This document shows, piece by piece, positions 1-9,490 of a stretch of 40,828 nucleotides of DNA. Source of the DNA: Octopus sinensis. Its lineage: Eukaryota. The position numbers and the translations under genes were made by a program. The stretch's first letter is position 1. Each line of letters begins with the position of its first letter. The notes below the pieces were generated by a model. It did not search any database. It worked only from the letters and a program-made list of their open reading frames with translations, and was not told the DNA's origin. The stretch is taken from assembly GCF_006345805.1 (NCBI RefSeq), contig NW_021832037.1, positions 1 to 40,828 of the forward strand, written 5' to 3'.

Positions 1-290
1 TCAAGTCACGAAGTTGATCCTTCAGCTCTACCTGGCAGAATAGCTGAGGTAAAGTCTCAACTGAAAAGTCTTGATCTCTTGTGTCATTTTCAGGTGATGG
101 ATCTTCTTTGGTTGAGAGTAAAGTTATCTGAGGCAAAACATTGAAGACAGGAACCTCTTCATTGTGTAGAACCGGTCTAATAGCAGAGGCAAGATTAGGA
201 TGGACAAGCGTTAGTCGATTTTTTCCGGTTAATACCCTTCAAATTTAGGCTACAAAAATAGCAGTCATCCACGTGATTATAGGGCTCAAT
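1..290 (-). mobile_element. Degraded DNA transposase fragment, Chapaev3-like (CMC group); runs off the window edge
   Basis: Minus-strand translation with one frameshift gives EPYNHVDDCYFCSLNLKGINRK / LTLVHPNLASAIRPVLHNEEVPVF...PQLFCQVELKDQLRDL, matching the recalled motifs REPxNHxDDCYFC, YPNLxSAIRPVPH and QLFSQxELNDLVRDL. The family name comes from memory, not a search. Confidence 0.7.
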
Positions 291-408
291 AACTTAAAAA
301 CTAGATCTGGTAGGCCGAAAAGAATGCTATATTTGGATTCAGGAGACCGATTTTGTGTAGGAATATCTATTTCCTAAACACCAAAATCCTTGTAGACCAG
401 TGTAATAA

Positions 409-924
409 ATGGCTTCTGATCTTGACTGATTAAAAATGTTATCATGTAATGTTTTGTCTCCGTATAAAAGATGGGCTACAGCAAATATTCTGCTCAGTAC
501 CACACATTTGCTAGTCAGTTGCTGGACCTTAACCAGTTGAGCATTGCTCTTGGTGGCTGACGATTTGTGCCTATCTGAACAGAAGTAGTGGGGAGGGGAG
601 CATCTTAGAAATGTGTTAAGAGAAATTCTTTGGAGTTTGAATAATTTATCTCTGGGAATGTGGGTGTTTCGTTCAACATTCTTAAACAACACATATTCAA
701 GGACCTTTTGAGCAGGATTGGCAATTCGACATGAAGAAAAAACTGGGCCACACCTGTAAGGTCATGAGCTGTTTATCTTGAAATGAGATCATCATGTCGC
801 GCACATATGGTTGAGATATATGTACCTGGTGTACTCTTATCAGACTCGTAGTCATGATGGTATATTGGGCTTCGTATATCTTAACCCCAGTGTCACTTGA
901 TGGCATGCGCTGCTCTCTCACTCA
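409..924. repeat. ~530-bp non-coding dispersed repeat, copy 1
   Basis: Colinear with 36182-36724 in the same orientation (e.g. CTACAGCAAATATTCTGCTCA, GGACCTTTTGAGC, TATTGGGCTTCGTATAT, GATGGCATGC). Both copies end at GCTCTCTC(A/G)CTCA followed by an AAT/GAT-type microsatellite. Confidence 0.85.
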
Positions 925-972
925 ATAATAATTACAATAATAATGATAATAATAATAATATAATAAAAATAA

Positions 973-1014
<42 letters not shown>

Positions 1015-1036
1015 AATATGGTAAGCACACACCAGA

Positions 1037-1082
<46 letters not shown>

Positions 1083-1105
1083 TAATAATAATAATAATAA
1101 AAATA
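925..1105. repeat. (AAT)n microsatellite with an embedded 26-bp LINE-junction piece
   Basis: Read directly from the sequence. Confidence 0.95.
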
Positions 1106-1617
1106 AAAGATGGTATAGGCACACACCAGAAAAGGTCACAGAAAACGAGAAAGCACCCATACTCTGGGATATGCCGATACACACAGATAGAGAAATTAAG
1201 GCCAACAGACTAGATATAGTTGTCAGAGATCATGAAGAAAAAAATGGTTTCTAATTGATGTATCAATACCGGCAGATGACAACGTGTCTCTAAAAGAATG
1301 GAGAAACTCTCAAATACAAAGACCTGGAAATAGAGGTAACTAGAATGTGGAACCTGAAAAGAAACAATTCCTATCATAGTAGGTGCATTAGGCATGATAA
1401 AACATATTCCAGACAAATACATAACAAAAACACCAGGACTTACAAACACATATAACATACAGAAAATTGCACTACTAGGCACTGCACACATCCTACGCAG
1501 AACATTTTCCATACAATAACCATCAGAGCATCACAACAAATCACAGCACATACCCAAGGCACACAGAGCTGCGCTCGGTAGTGAAGTGAAAGCACGCTAT
1601 AAAAATAAAACTACTGA
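1106..1617 (+). mobile_element. 5'-truncated Dong/R4-type non-LTR retrotransposon (RLE domain plus 3'UTR), family 1
   Basis: With frameshifts reads WYRHTPEKVTENEKAPILWDMPIHTDREIKANRLDIVVRD...LIDVSIPADDN...KYKDLEIEVTRMWN...IQKIALLGTAHILRRT; stop at 1517-1519; (AAT)n on both sides. Confidence 0.9.
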
Positions 1618-1649
1618 ATAATAATAATAATAATAACAATAACAATAAT

Positions 1650-1823
1650 AATATTTGGCTTCAAATTTTTGTAGAAAGCAAGCACTTTTATGGGAAGGAG
1701 ATTAGTTGGTTTCATCGATCCTATTGTTGACCTCGGCAGGATTTGACACGAGGACATAAAAAAGCCGGAGGAAATATGGTTTAACATTTTGACTGAAGCA
1801 CTAATGATTCTGTCAGCTTACAC
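1650..1823 (-). mobile_element. Degenerate tRNA-derived SINE, family A
   Basis: GACCTCGGCAGGATTTGA and CTAATGATTCTGTCAGCT match the reverse complement of the intact copy at 23409-23602. Confidence 0.55.
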
Positions 1824-1846
1824 TCATAATAGCAAGAAAGAAAGCT

Positions 1847-2000
1847 GAGAAGAAGAAGAAAGAGAAAAGAAGAAGAAGAAGAAGAAGAAGAAGAAAGAAG
1901 AAGAAGATAGAATGAAGAAGAAAGAGAAGAAGAAGAAGAAGAAGAAGAAGAAGAAGAAGAAGAAGAAAGAGAAGAAGAAGAAAGAAAGAGAAGAAGAAGA
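1847..2000. repeat. (GAA)n microsatellite
   Basis: Read directly from the sequence. Confidence 0.95.
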
Positions 2001-2719
2001 AGCGGAATATTCGGTTGAGGGTATGTAAAGATTTTTCGATGATCCAAGAAAGAAAGAACTACTGAAAAACAATAATAAATAAAGCAAGCGAACGAATGAA
2101 AGCTGAAAAGCTACAATGAATTACCGTCTTTAAGAGCAAAACTTAAAAAAAAATAAATTTTAAAAAGCTCCGAGGAAAAGGGAGAAGAGTTGTAGCGGTG
2201 TATAAAACGAAAATAGTTGTCACGAAGATTGCCGTGTCAAAGAAAAAAGTGTACTTTTCGAAAACATCATCTGTGATCTCAATAATTGTTTACGTTTACA
2301 AACATTTAATGTGCTCCTGAGAAAAATAAAAAGCAAGCAAACAAACAAAAAAAAAACGACTGTAAATATATCATCTTTAATTGAAATAAATCATTAGCAG
2401 ATTGTCAGTGGTATTTAGCGGGTTGTCAAATGTTTAGTTCTCATAACGAAACGAAGAGTTTTAATTTGAATGCCAGTTTGGTGTTTGTTTATTCTACATT
2501 CACTTACAGCCATCATTACACACTCTTCGTCTATTGAGAAAAATGCGACCTATCAACTCGAGGGTTTTTAAATATATCTAGAATTATCTAAATTATTAGA
2601 TTTTCTCGATTTATCATCCGTCTAGCAGCTATTATAGCAATGTCGTTCCCAAAATGTCTGGAACTGCAAGCTAAACAAGGAAATAATTCGTGAATTAGAT
2701 TTAGCCAAATAGAACCACA

Positions 2720-2890
2720 AGTGAGAGAGAATGTCACCAGCTGTTACTAAATAGTAACAAAAAAATCAACAACATAACTAAAAGGATTAGGTGGAAATAG
2801 ATCCGCGCGGGATACTTCGGGGTTATGAAAACAATCTTTCGGCTAAACTAAGCCCTTCAGAGTTAACTTAACAAATTTGACGAAGAAACA
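2720..2890 (+). mobile_element. Possible relic of the N-terminal region of a Penelope-like ORF
   Basis: QLLLNSNKKINNITKRIRWK* then GYFGVMKT...LNKFDEE resembles the IKRMRWKA...YGFKS...FExD region of PLE ORFs; heavily decayed. Confidence 0.3.
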
Positions 2891-3000
2891 AATACAAAAT
2901 TTCACCGCAATAATGTAGCATGAAAATATATAGAAAACAGTACGAAAGGATAACCATAGCTGAACAGAAGAATATAGGAAAGAGAAATATTAATTTCATA

Positions 3001-3143
3001 TTTTGAACAAGGCCAGCAATTTTAGGAAGGGGAAAGTCGATAACAATGAATCCAGTGTTCAACTAGTACTTGTTTCATCGACAGCGAAAGGGTGAAAGGA
3101 AAAGTCAACATCGTCAGAATTTGAACTCAGTAAGCATTTTGCC
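3001..3143 (-). mobile_element. Degenerate SINE, family A
   Basis: ACAAGGCCAGCAATTTT...AAGTCGA...GAATTTGAACTCAG, the B-box reverse complement. Confidence 0.65.
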
Positions 3144-3574
3144 ATAGGAAAAAAAAAAAATGAAGATAAAATAAAACTGTAGAACCGATAGAACAAATGA
3201 CAAGACAAACATGGCGAACATCATATCAGTGTATAAAGGTAATACAATACACAACCCAACAGAGAACTTAAGCCAAGAACAGATAACTCTAAATCTCATA
3301 CTGTATGGGTTGGAACTATTCGTGATAACACAAATAAATGAAAGGAATGAATTAAAGATATGAAAGAAAATGAAAAATAGATTGAGATAAAATTCATATA
3401 GATTAAAAGCACAGAACAAACTAGCATTAAAACAAACAAATGTAGATAGTGAAAACGTAGAAGTTTCAAGATGTGAAACGAATTATTTTAACGGTGAGTT
3501 TTGAAGTGGATATAGCAATAAATAAGCTTTTATTATCTAATTTATGTATCAGGTGAGGAAGATTGAGAGGAGGT

Positions 3575-3712
3575 GATTAGTTCATGTCATTGATAGCAAT
3601 ACTTAACTGGTACCTTATTTTATAGATCTCGGAGGGATGAAAGAAAAAAAATTGACATCGATGGGATTTGAAACCAGAGCGTAAAGAGCCGGTACAAATA
3701 CCATTTTGCTCA
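3575..3712 (-). mobile_element. Degenerate SINE, family A
   Basis: AACTGGTACC...GGATGAAAG...GGATTTGAAACCAGAGCGTAA. Confidence 0.5.
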
Positions 3713-3770
3713 CGCTCCGGTACAAATACCATTTTCCATCGCACCGCCCGTAATAATACTACGTATAAGT

Positions 3771-4155
3771 GTGGAAGCACTCCGTCGGTTACGACGATGA
3801 AGGTTCCGGTTGATCCGAATCAACGGAACAGCCTGCTCGTGAAATTAACGTGTAAGTGGCTGAGCACTCCACAGATACGTGCACCCTTAACGTAGTTCTC
3901 GGGGATATTCAGCGTGACACAGAGAGTGACAAGGCCGGCCCCTTGAAATACAGGTACAACAGAAACAGGAAGTAAGAGTGAGAGAAAGTTGTGGTGAAAG
4001 AGTACAGCAGGGATCACCACCATCCCCTGCCGGAGCCTCGTGGAGCTTTTAGGTGCTTTCGCTCAATAAACACTCACAATGCCCGGTCTGGGAATCGAAA
4101 CCACGATCCTATGTCCGCGAGTCCGCTGCCCTAACCACTGGGCCATTGCGCCTCC
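3771..4155 (-). mobile_element. Full-length tRNA-derived SINE, family B, with 13-bp TSD
   Basis: Minus strand starts GGAGGCGCAATGGCCCAGTGGTTAGGGCAGCGGACTCGCGG (A box) ... GGTTTCGATTCCC (B box); ACTACGTATAAGT at 3758-3770 and 4156-4168. Confidence 0.92.
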
Positions 4156-4168
4156 ACTACGTATAAGT

Positions 4169-4440
4169 AAAACAGTATTAGTAAACTTCAGAAAGAGAAG
4201 ACCATGTAGAACGTTTGGGTAAATTATGAAAAACGTCTGACAGAGTATCATATCCGTGGATCTCCAAGTCATTAGGGATATATGAATGACCAACAATGAT
4301 TATGGGATTCTTAAAGACTAGCGGACTAAAAGGAAGAACAAATGCAGCACTGAATTACAAGACAGTTATTTCGTAAAATCTGGAATATTCCAAGAAGACA
4401 CACGGCCATAATTTTTCCTTCGTCAGTTTATAGCTCCAGA
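4169..4440 (+). mobile_element. Decayed reverse-transcriptase fragment of an RLE-type (Dong/R4-like) LINE
   Basis: Frameshifted KTVL...WVNYEK..DRVSYPWISKSLGIY...KSGIFQED resembles WIDYKKAFDSVPHxWI...RGIFQGDSLSP. Confidence 0.6.
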
Positions 4441-4468
4441 AAGTGCAGAAGAGTCAGACAGCAAAGGT

Positions 4469-4530
<62 letters not shown>

Positions 4531-4568
4531 CTGGGGAGAGAAAAGTAACGCAATATTTAAGTGGTACA

Positions 4569-4781
4569 GGTGAGTTGGCAGGTGAAATGCTTTGCGGTAT
4601 TTCGTCTGTTGTTACGTTCTGAGTTCAAATTCCGCCGAGGTCCACTTTGCCTTTCATCCTTTCGGGGTCGATAAATAAAGTACCAGTTTCGCACTGGAGT
4701 CGATTTAATCGACTTAATCCCTTTGTATGTCCTTGTTTGTCCCCTCTATGTTTAGCCCCTTGAGGGCAGTAAAGAAATATA
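4569..4781 (+). mobile_element. SINE family A with 17-bp TSD, nested in an older antisense family A copy
   Basis: B box GAGTTCAAATTCC; AATATTTAAGTGGTACA at 4552-4568 and 4782-4798; right flank 4799-4900 is decayed antisense family A. Confidence 0.9.
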
Positions 4782-5023
4782 AATATTTAAGTGGTACATT
4801 TTTTTATCGACCTCGGTAAAATTATGAAAGGTCAATTTGGTCTCCGAACCTTCAAATTTTAAACGTTGAACGCTAAGACACGAAATATTACTCAAGGCAT
4901 TTGTCTGATGGTGAAAAGATTTTGCTTCCTGCCACCATTTCATCATAAGAACAGGTAAAAATGACTGCTTCTTAGAAACAATCACTCATTCTATCTCTCT
5001 AAATATGTATATGTGTATGCGTA

Positions 5024-5056
<33 letters not shown>

Positions 5057-5125
5057 ATATATATTATATATATATATATATGGGTGTGTGTGTGTATATA
5101 TGTATTTATGTATGTGTTATTTAAA

Positions 5126-5178
<53 letters not shown>

Positions 5179-5216
5179 CAAAGTGGAGTTGGGGGTAGGT
5201 ACCGCACGAGTGGAAT

Positions 5217-5374
5217 TATATACGAAAGAAGGTTTGAAAATGCAATTTAAAAGATGTGTAATTTACTTACCGGTTTCATCTTTGGAAATCTTTGACAATC
5301 TTTTTCCAAAGAGTGAAACCGGTAAAGTAAATACACATTTTTAAATTGCATTTTCAAACCTTCTTTCGTATATA
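5217..5374. repeat. Foldback element, ~72-bp arms and 14-nt loop
   Basis: TATATACGAAAGAAGGTTTGAAAATGCAATTTAAAA...TTTGGAAA (5217-5288) is the reverse complement of 5303-5374 with few mismatches. Confidence 0.92.
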
Positions 5375-5381
5375 TAATAAT

Positions 5382-5429
<48 letters not shown>

Positions 5430-5525
5430 TATATTATATATATATATATATATATGATTTTAAAACGGTAAGATAAACAAAAGGAAGAAAGAGACCTCAA
5501 TATTATGAAATAGAGGAAATTATCT

Positions 5526-6270
5526 ATACAATATGTTAATTACTCGGTAGTCAAGATAAAACTTGAGGTTCAGATGCCGAAGTGGAAATCCACAACACCA
5601 TCTCTTCGGTATTGGCTATTTGAAACGTTATGAAAAATACCGTTAATAAAGGGAAATTACTCTGTTATAACTCTGCTTGCTCTGCGTACTTATACATCGC
5701 TCGCATTTTTCGTCATAAAAAATTATATTAAAATGCATAAAAATATATAAATTCTTCTTGGGAATAACATAGAAAGCATGTTCTATCGGTTCTCTTTAGA
5801 GGACCAAAAACGTAACAGAAATTTAGTCACATGTGGGCATGATCCGAAAGCTCTGTCCTTGTATTTAGGCATGTAGTAGGGTCTAAGCTGCTTTCCAGAT
5901 AAGCCATCTCTCCATGTCGCATAGACCGCACCTTCCGCGCCGTTAGTATAGGGCTTACATCTGGCCAAAATCTTCCATTGTATGTTTAATCGACACCTTT
6001 ATCTCTATGGTCCCAAAGAAGAATTATATATTTTTATATATTTTTATATATTTTTTATGTATTTTTATATAATATTTATGACGAAAAATGCGAGCGATGT
6101 ATAAGTACGCAGGCAAGCAGTTATAACAGAGTAAGTTCCCTTTATTAACGGTATTTTTTCATAACTTTTTCAAATAGCCAGATAACCGAAGAGATGGTGT
6201 TGTGGATTTCCACTTCGGCATCTGAAACTCAGAGTTTTATCTTGACTACCGAGTAATGTACATATTGTAT
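5526..6270 (-). mobile_element. 5'-truncated Penelope-like element: end of the GIY-YIG region flanked by inverted pseudo-LTRs
   Basis: About 250-bp inverted arms (~5526-5775 and ~6005-6270). The spacer on the minus strand reads IQWKILARCKPYTNGA..CGLCDMERWLIW...CLNTRTEL.GSCPHVTKFLL, the WxI..PY..CxLC..E..LNxRxE..CxH motif of PLE endonuclease C-termini. Confidence 0.8.
6180..6242 (+). ncRNA. Candidate type I hammerhead ribozyme with variant core, in the pseudo-LTR
   Basis: Stem I AGATAA/TTATCT; core CCGAAGA (6186-6192); stem II GATG/CATC; extra T; GAAA (6224-6227); stem III ACTC-A-GAGT; putative cleavage after 6236. Confidence 0.45.
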
Positions 6271-6290
6271 ATATATATATATATATATAT

Positions 6291-6918
6291 CTAATCTTCC
6301 AGGTCTGATCTACATTGATCGCTATTGGCAGTATTACTATTTTGTACAGACGAATCTTCAGTTCTATACATATGTTATCGCTACACCAAGGTGTTGCCAG
6401 TCTCCTAAATACTGCCGCTGCCTTGCAAGTTCTGAAGTTTACATCTCTCTCTACATCACCGTTGCTTGTCCCTCTGCTTCCCAGATATGTGAAGCTTGTA
6501 ACTTCTTCAACTGATTCTTGTTCAACTTTCACTGGTTCGCTTTCTACTTGCTTCCCAACTAGCATTACATTCGACGTATATCATCAGCGGTGCCTCAGAA
6601 TCACTTATCGAGACATAGTAACAAATGAAGTCGTACTCCAAGTAGCAAGATTAAGGCCCCTGCAAGCAGCTGTAACTGAACCACGAATGAAAATACCTGG
6701 ACAAATACTAAGATTGCAAGAGGAGATGCTTGTCAAAACAGCGATGGGATGGATGCCGCTGGAAGGTAAGAGAAAAAGTGCTCGGCCAGGAAGACAAGGC
6801 GTAGTACCTTGAAGGAAGACCTACACACCATACCGGTTGGCCAGAGACGGAGATAATTGGCGATCACTGATTGCCCGATGTGCCACTCAAAGATACCAAC
6901 GACCCCAAGAAGAAGAAG
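6291..6918 (+). mobile_element. RTE-type LINE 3' fragment with an inverted 5' segment
   Basis: 6291-~6569 (minus): VEEVTSFTYLGS...KAAAVFRRL..PW...LKIRLYK..ILP...QTWKI. ~6570-6918 (plus): FDVYHQRCLRITYRDIVTNEVVL...GQILR...KTAMGWMP.GKRK...LKEDL...NWRSLIARC, ending in an (AAG)n tail. Confidence 0.88.
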
Positions 6919-6942
6919 ATATATATATATGTGTGCATATAT

Positions 6943-7132
6943 AGTTAATCCAAGCATGAAAACACAAAGAGAAAACACAAGAACGCGAGGACGTGGAACA
7001 AGTGTAGTGTTATTGAAAGAAGGAGGATTTAACGTCTCAGGCGGAGCTCTTCGTCAGAAACATAGCAAAAGGAAAGGTCCAAGGAAGGGAAGACGGAGGA
7101 AAAAAATCGCCAACGATACACACGCGGTCACG
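6943..7132 (-). mobile_element. ~190-bp family P repeat (PLE pseudo-LTR-like) with minimal HHR motif
   Basis: Reverse complement aligns with 18695-18890 and 37790-37955; motif CTGACGA-A-GAGC-TCC-GCCT-GAGA-CGTTA at 7030-7057. Confidence 0.75.
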
Positions 7133-7332
7133 TATTGAATGACCAGAAGGGAATGGGTGATGTATATATATATGCACACACACATGAAAACGTACTATAA
7201 TCTTTATTAGTGGATTTAGAATGCTGTCATTAGTTTCATAGTAAAGCTTAGCAATTATTAAGCATTCTACTGATACATACTGATAATAAGTACATATGTG
7301 TATGTATGTATGTATGTATGTATGTATGTATG

Positions 7333-7363
<31 letters not shown>

Positions 7364-7581
7364 GTATGTATGTATATACGTCCCAACGCTTCGATGCACT
7401 GCCCCAGCATGGCTACAGTTGAAGGAGTTGAAACAGATAAACGATAAGAGAAGGAAGAAATACATGTATTTATTTATTTACTAATTCCTGAAGCAACAGA
7501 GTGACTCGAAGACAGAGAGTTTCGTGCATTAGTATTTATCAAACTATGTATACCAACAAACCTGTGTGTGTTTGTGAGATT

Positions 7582-7623
<42 letters not shown>

Positions 7624-7627
7624 ATAT

Positions 7628-7674
<47 letters not shown>

Positions 7675-7685
7675 GTAGATATATG

Positions 7686-7737
<52 letters not shown>

Positions 7738-7749
7738 TTATATATATAT

Positions 7750-7915
7750 GTTAGTTAGTAGTTAGTTAGTTAATTGGCTCAAACAGCAAATAGCAAGGCC
7801 ATGTAGGGGGACATGGAGTTAAGTACAGGGTGGTGTTCATGTAAAGAGTTCAGGCCACTTGAGGCCAGGAGGCTTTGAACAAAGCGGTCGTCGGCATCTT
7901 CACCATCTCGTCTGG

Positions 7916-7916
<1 letters not shown>
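7750..7916 (-). mobile_element. 3' end of a CR1/L2-group LINE with (TAAC)n tail
   Basis: Minus strand PDEMVKMPTTALFKAS resembles the ORF2 terminal LPxxVVxAxSxxxFK motif; short 3'UTR then (TAAC)n. Confidence 0.5.
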
Positions 7917-7949
<33 letters not shown>

Positions 7950-7957
7950 TATTAATA

Positions 7958-8419
7958 TAAAATATTAGGGAATAAATCCAAACTTACAGGAAAAATCAGA
8001 TTTAGGATGAATCCAATTTTATAGAAAATATTATATTATATTAAATTCGAGATAAAACCACTATAGGCAAATCATACTATGAAAAACTTAAGCCAATACA
8101 TAAGATTATTTAATTTATATTATTTAAATATATATCAAAATTATTAAAAAAGATAATTAATGTAACACTACGATCGTTTCATGGCTGTTCAATTCTTAAA
8201 CGATCGTAGTGTTATATTAATTATCTTTTTTAATAATTTTGATATATATTTAAATAATATAATTAAATATCTTTGTATTGGCTTAAGTTTTTCATTGTAT
8301 GATTTGCCTAATAGTTGTTTTATCTCTAATTTAATATAATATATTTTACTATAAAATTGGATTCAAACCTAAATCTGATATTTTTCCCCGTAAGTTTGGA
8401 TTTATTCCCTAATATTTTA
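7958..8419. repeat. Foldback element, ~220-bp arms and 18-nt loop
   Basis: TAAAATATTAGGGAATAAATCCAAACTTAC...ACACTACGATCGTTT (7958-8179) is the reverse complement of 8198-8419. Confidence 0.95.
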
Positions 8420-8437
8420 TTATTAATATATATATAT

Positions 8438-8482
<45 letters not shown>

Positions 8483-9442
8483 TCATATATATACATATAT
8501 AATATATATATATGTATATATATGTAAGTCTATATATATATATATATATATAAAATATATGTATATATATATATGCATTATATATATATATATATAATAT
8601 ATATATATACACCACACACACACACACACACACCATATATATATATAATATATCTATATATATATATATTATATATAATATATATATATATTATGTAGTA
8701 AATCTGTAATAACAGAGATAAAGGTAAGAAGTGAAACTGTACTAATAACATGTTTCCTTTAATGTGGTATATCGAAATTTCTTTCCCGTTTTATTTCTTA
8801 CTTGAGACTAATATCGCAACCCCAAATTATTTATAATTACCTGTAATCATTTCTTGAGCCCATTTACAAATTACACTTCGATTACTATGAGTTCACGTGT
8901 ACTCTATTCCGCGCATATGAGCCTTATAATCGCATAGCGGGACACACACACACACACATACACAAACACATATTTTTGTATATATTTGATATATTTGTGT
9001 GCGTATATATATTCTTATATATATATTCTTATATATAAGTCTATGAATATGTGCGTATGTATATTTATACACAAATATATATGTAACCATACCTATATCT
9101 ACTTATCTATCTGAATAAATACACACACACACACGCACACACATATATATTATATATAATATTTATATATATATATATAAGTATATATGTATATATATAT
9201 GTATGTATATATATATGTATATATATATATATAATATATATATATAAGTATATATGTATATATATGTATATATATAACGTGACGTATTTTTGCCATTTCA
9301 ATATGGCTAACCCCTAAGGGTGGATGCTACTGTAGTTTTTAGCCCCAGGAGGACACACTCCTCCAGCTGGCCATAGACACACTTTCTGTGTCCTGTCAGT
9401 ATTTGCAAAGGGAAGTCATCCTTCCCGTCTTCAACTATGATA

Positions 9443-9490
9443 CACCACGGACTCGAGTTTCGAGGTATTGACCTCTCGTCAGCGTGTGAC
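9443..9490 (-). ncRNA. Type I hammerhead ribozyme, canonical core
   Basis: Minus strand CACACG-CTGACGA-GAGG-TCAATA-CCTC-GAAA-CTCGAG-TC^CGTG(G)TG: intact CUGANGA and GAAA, 4-bp stem II, palindromic ACTCGAGT stem III, GUC triplet; cleavage predicted between 9450 and 9449. Confidence 0.85.

Noticed and set aside
3689-3735. 19-bp direct repeat CCGGTACAAATACCATTTT as a TSD
   Set aside because: Only 9 bp separate the copies; this is a small local tandem duplication.
4090-4155. tRNA gene
   Set aside because: The tRNA-like region lacks a full cloverleaf and continues into a SINE body bounded by TSDs; the other A/B-box heads likewise run into SINE bodies.
4434-4466. 33-nt phase-symmetric micro-exon (TTTATAG|...AAG|GTAAGA)
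   Set aside because: It lies within the decayed RT relic just after GIFQED; the signals are most simply chance. Exonisation cannot be excluded without RNA data.
6315-6812. 165-aa ORF as an intact gene
   Set aside because: It spans the inversion junction; the first half is antisense RT and only the second half is real RTE sequence.
7750-7773. Telomeric repeat
   Set aside because: It is (TTAG)n/(TAAC)n, not TTAGGG, and behaves as a LINE tail.
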